This document shows positions 63,028 to 64,000 of a stretch of 64,000 nucleotides of DNA, piece by piece. The translations under genes and the position numbers were made by a program. The DNA comes from Eledone cirrhosa (lineage: Eukaryota). The DNA lies in assembly GCA_964016885.1 (NCBI GenBank), contig OZ024752.1, forward strand, positions 23,932,001-23,996,000. Reading direction: 5' to 3'. The notes beneath the pieces were generated by a model. The model was not told where the DNA came from and did no database searches. It saw only the letters and a list, made by a program, of their open reading frames with translations. Positions within the stretch are counted from its first letter, which is position 1. Each line of letters opens with the position of its first letter.

Positions 63028-63935
63028 GGAGGTGAGTAATGTTGTAGGCCAGAATATTTTAAAGGCGTCCAGAATAATATAGACAATCTTGAAAAAACTG
63101 GGAAGATCCTCGTAAATTCTGACAAAACTAACAATCTATATGGAATGCAAAAGGACGAATACAATAACCTTATATTGAAATAACTAAGGAAAAATTACAA
63201 AATAACAACTAATGAAGATCTTGAAATGGTAAATAGAGAATCTTCTGATATAATTCATAAATTAGGCATCGAAAATAGGACCGAACCCTTTATACATAGA
63301 AGACCGAAAATTAACCCGAAAGACCACAAAAGAAACTTTGAAATAGACCTACCAGTCAGACTTATAGCACCATCTAAATCAGACTAAGGCATAGTTAGTA
63401 AACATATATTAGATAGGATCATACCACAACTTAAAGAAATATCTTACCTAAAACTATGGAACGGTACTAACGAGGTTATATATTGGTTCAATAACATAAA
63501 ATTTAAATATAACACAAAATTCATTCAAATAGATATTGCAAACTACTACTCCTCTATTAATCCTAGTTTACTTAATAAAGCCGATAGAAAAAATAATTTT
63601 GATATCACCATGGGACCATCTGACTCGGCGCAGATAACGGATCTTGTGGGGATATTTATTAATAATACACTGCATAGAAAAATACCAGAGATGACCGGTG
63701 GTTTATATCGTGAAGATATGCTGCTTTTAATTGAAAATCATAGTAATTGTGAAAGTAATAGGAAAAGAAAATCCATAATACAATTCTTCAATAACTACAA
63801 CCTTAAGTTAGAAATAGAGAATAACTATAAAATTGTTAACCTTTTAGACGTAACATTAAACCTTAACACAGGGCATTCCATAAAATTAATGAGAATCTAA
63901 ACTATGTAAGTTTTAATTCTAATCATCCTAGTTCT
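63025..63935 (+). pseudogene. Penelope-like (Naiad-type) reverse transcriptase fragment
   Basis: KDHKRNF...VRLIAPSKSD, IDIANYYSSI, MGPSDSAQITDLVG and GLYRED; contains stops and a deletion. Confidence 0.85.
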
Positions 63936-64000
63936 GCGCCGAGTTAGATTATCCCATGGTGATATCAACATTATTTTTTCTATTGGCTCTAGTCCAGAGG

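Overview
Eukaryotic, AT-rich, repeat-dominated DNA. The SINE families, RTE LINEs and long (TA)n tracts suggest a coleoid cephalopod such as octopus (inference). I can support only one host gene: two coding exons (8634-8842, 22055-22105, +) of a small prag01/Deltameth_res-domain, COX7B-like protein. Its 13.2-kb intron holds a 9.4-kb Buster-type hAT element (TIRs plus perfect 8-bp TSD) with a second hAT remnant, SINEs and a piggyBac nested inside. A second piggyBac follows, then an ~8-kb degenerate TTAGGG-derived array apparently bracketed by decayed inverted termini. From ~33.9 kb to the end lies a dense field of RTE LINEs (one near-intact 991-aa ORF), non-autonomous Helitrons and Penelope-like (Naiad-type) fragments. 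The most notable signal is about 20 type-I hammerhead ribozyme motifs read directly from the sequence. They include U3-A8 compensatory core variants, two ORF-less tandem retrozyme-like units (316 bp and 465 bp), and foldback palindromes that pivot at or next to the ribozyme. All structures were read by eye; no folding, alignment or database search was run, and ribozyme activity is untested.
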